From a virus (lineage: Duplodnaviria > Caudoviricetes), in IMG/VR virus record IMGVR_UViG_3300032335_001269, positions 37,526 through 101,525 of that record: a stretch of DNA of 64,000 nucleotides, one strand, 5' to 3'. How positions within the stretch are numbered: the stretch's first letter is position 1; each line of letters opens with the position of its first letter. The notes under the pieces were generated by a model, which saw nothing but the letters and a program-made list of their open reading frames with translations, had not been told where the DNA came from and made no database searches. Position numbers and translations under genes: made by a program. This document shows, in pieces, positions 62,241 through 64,000 of this stretch.

Positions 62241-64000
62241 CGATTAAGCAGTTCTGGAGTCTTTTGTTTATTAGTCATATCAACAACCTCACATACAGAA
62301 TATCCCAAAGATTTGGATAAGTCTGACAGTGGATTGACCCAAGAGGGATTGATAATATCTTCAATTACTAGACTACCACCCGACTTAAGTTTGGAAAAAT
62401 ATTTTTGCATTAAAAGAACAAAAGATTCAAATGTATGTGGACCATCATCAATTATCAAATCAAAATATTCATCCGCAAATTTTGCAACCTGATCATCCGA
62501 ATACATATCCCCAATAACAGAATATGTTCCTTCAACATGCTCAAAATAGTTTATATCAGAAGCATAAATCTCAGATTCTGGGTGTAGATAATCTCGCCAA
62601 AGTTTAATAGATCCTCCATTATACACACCAATTTCAATAAAGTTGATGGTTTTGTTTGCAAACTTTAAGAAGAAATTATCATAAAAATTTTCAATATATC
62701 CTAAATCATTTTTATCAGTATCATAGTTACCATTATTAAAAATATCTGAAACTTTAGATATGATCTCAATTTTTTGAATTGGATTAATATCAACATTAAT
62801 TTTTTTCAAATTTTCTTCAACAGATTTTTTGTAATTTTTTGATAAGGGGTAATTGTGTATTAAATCTAAAAATATTTCCTTAGATTCTTTATCCTTACCC
62901 CACCAATACCCAGAAACTGCTTTTTCAAAAAGCAGACCATACTTGCCTGGATATTCTACGTCAGTAAGAAGAGAAGAATAAGATTCATGATCAGCAAACA
63001 TTAATCCTTGATCTGCATAAATGTAGCAATCTTGCCACCATTGCCTTCTTTCCGCAAATTTACTTAAAAGAAAATATGCTTCAGGTCTTTTTGGCATTAG
63101 GCAAAGTGCTTGCTCAAGAAGAGATTTTGCACTACCATCTCTAGTACCTTGCTTATCATAACAATATGATCCACGAATAAGTGCTTCATAAGCAAGATTA
63201 TTGTCTTCTGATCTTTCTGCACATCTTAAAAAGTATGATAATGCTGGAGCAGTATGTCCCTCATTTTCATACCAAATACCTAAGTTAAAATTATGAAGTG
63301 GATTTTCAGTATCCAAAGAATAATTACTTAAAAGTTGTTCCAATTCAGTTTTTGGTGCATTTTGCATATTCTTTTCTTTCGATTTCCAATAATTTAATAC
63401 TTTTTCATTAGCAATGCGATGATTATTTTTTTGTCCCGCATTTACATCATCATCTTGTTCTTTTGAAAATGTAGAATCAAATTCTATATTTTCAACAAAT
63501 AATGGTATAGTGTAACATTTTCCTAAATTTGTAAATAAAATATTTTCAATTAAAGGCATTATATCCAGATTTGGAATCTCTAAATGAAAAATATCATCTT
63601 TAATATAATTATCTATAAGCTTTTTAGCATAGTCTCTCGTGATGATATACGCTGTTGCTCCCCAATCATTCCATAATCTATCACGAATTGAAAATGTTTC
63701 AAAATCATTTCTAATAGTCAATAACTGAACACATTCAGCATCTTCTGGAAGAGAAAAAATAAATTCTTCCCAAGTAAAATCCCAATATTGAATTGTTTCT
63801 AAACTCAGATCATCTTCACAAAAAAATGCATAGTTTTCATCAGTTTTTTCATACCACTCTTTAATTGTTTTAAGATGAGAAACGCAACATCCAGTTGTTC
63901 CCGCATTTAATTGATGTAGATATTTTCCAGTTACTTTATCATTAGATTCTGAAAATCTTTTTGAGATGATTGAAATTGGTGTTATTTCGTATTGCTTAAA
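62201..64000 (-). CDS. GT25-like glycosyltransferase / TPR / methyltransferase fusion (5' end outside window)
   Basis: The frame continues upstream of 63721: GCCVSHL..IKEWY...FFCEDD (GT25 motifs); TPR-like helices; IEIGVYNGGS and IIDDGPH...GG..VIEDI. Confidence 0.8.
   Translation of the reverse strand, partial: FKQYEITPISIISKRFSESNDKVTGKYLHQLNAGTTGCCVSHLKTIKEWYEKTDENYAFFCEDDLSLETIQYWDFTWEEFIFSLPEDAECVQLLTIRNDFETFSIRDRLWNDWGATAYIITRDYAKKLIDNYIKDDIFHLEIPNLDIMPLIENILFTNLGKCYTIPLFVENIEFDSTFSKEQDDDVNAGQKNNHRIANEKVLNYWKSKEKNMQNAPKTELEQLLSNYSLDTENPLHNFNLGIWYENEGHTAPALSYFLRCAERSEDNNLAYEALIRGSYCYDKQGTRDGSAKSLLEQALCLMPKRPEAYFLLSKFAERRQWWQDCYIYADQGLMFADHESYSSLLTDVEYPGKYGLLFEKAVSGYWWGKDKESKEIFLDLIHNYPLSKNYKKSVEENLKKINVDINPIQKIEIISKVSDIFNNGNYDTDKNDLGYIENFYDNFFLKFANKTINFIEIGVYNGGSIKLWRDYLHPESEIYASDINYFEHVEGTYSVIGDMYSDDQVAKFADEYFDLIIDDGPHTFESFVLLMQKYFSKLKSGGSLVIEDIINPSWVNPLSDLSKSLGYSVCEVVDMTNKQKTPELLNRWKGGLYILNITK

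Overview
64-kb fragment of a large T4-like (Kyanoviridae-type) cyanomyophage genome, probably of a freshwater picocyanobacterium. Virtually all genes are on the minus strand. Left to right: (i) baseplate genes gp7 (truncated), gp6 and gp25, then speD and conserved cyanophage ORFs; (ii) a GC-rich early-gene island (~11.8-17.9 kb) of single-gene cassettes separated by repeated promoter elements, including a MutH/Sau3AI-like nuclease and a KxDG ligase-like protein; (iii) an intergenic origin-like region (~18.2-18.7 kb); (iv) ~30 kb of small accessory ORFs with a gp38-like adhesin, a putative R-M pair, Dam, CP12, a 2OG-Fe(II) hydroxylase, RmlB, a sulfotransferase, an SF2 helicase and three free-standing homing endonucleases; (v) two tail-fibre genes, a fourth (HNH) endonuclease beside a 4-tRNA cluster, a Phd/YefM-like ORF and glycosyl/methyltransferases. 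Strongest leads: (a) two GIY-YIG-type endonuclease genes each preceded by a separately promoted and terminated ~55-60-nt two-hairpin RNA complementary to that gene's own 5' UTR; (b) ~21 copies of a 24-bp palindrome fixed 28-31 bp from a -10 box, plus a second 6-copy promoter repeat, both delimiting mini-gene cassettes; (c) a candidate origin with iterons and cyanobacterial DnaA boxes; (d) structurally atypical tRNAs. All calls come from reading motifs by eye; no database searches were run.
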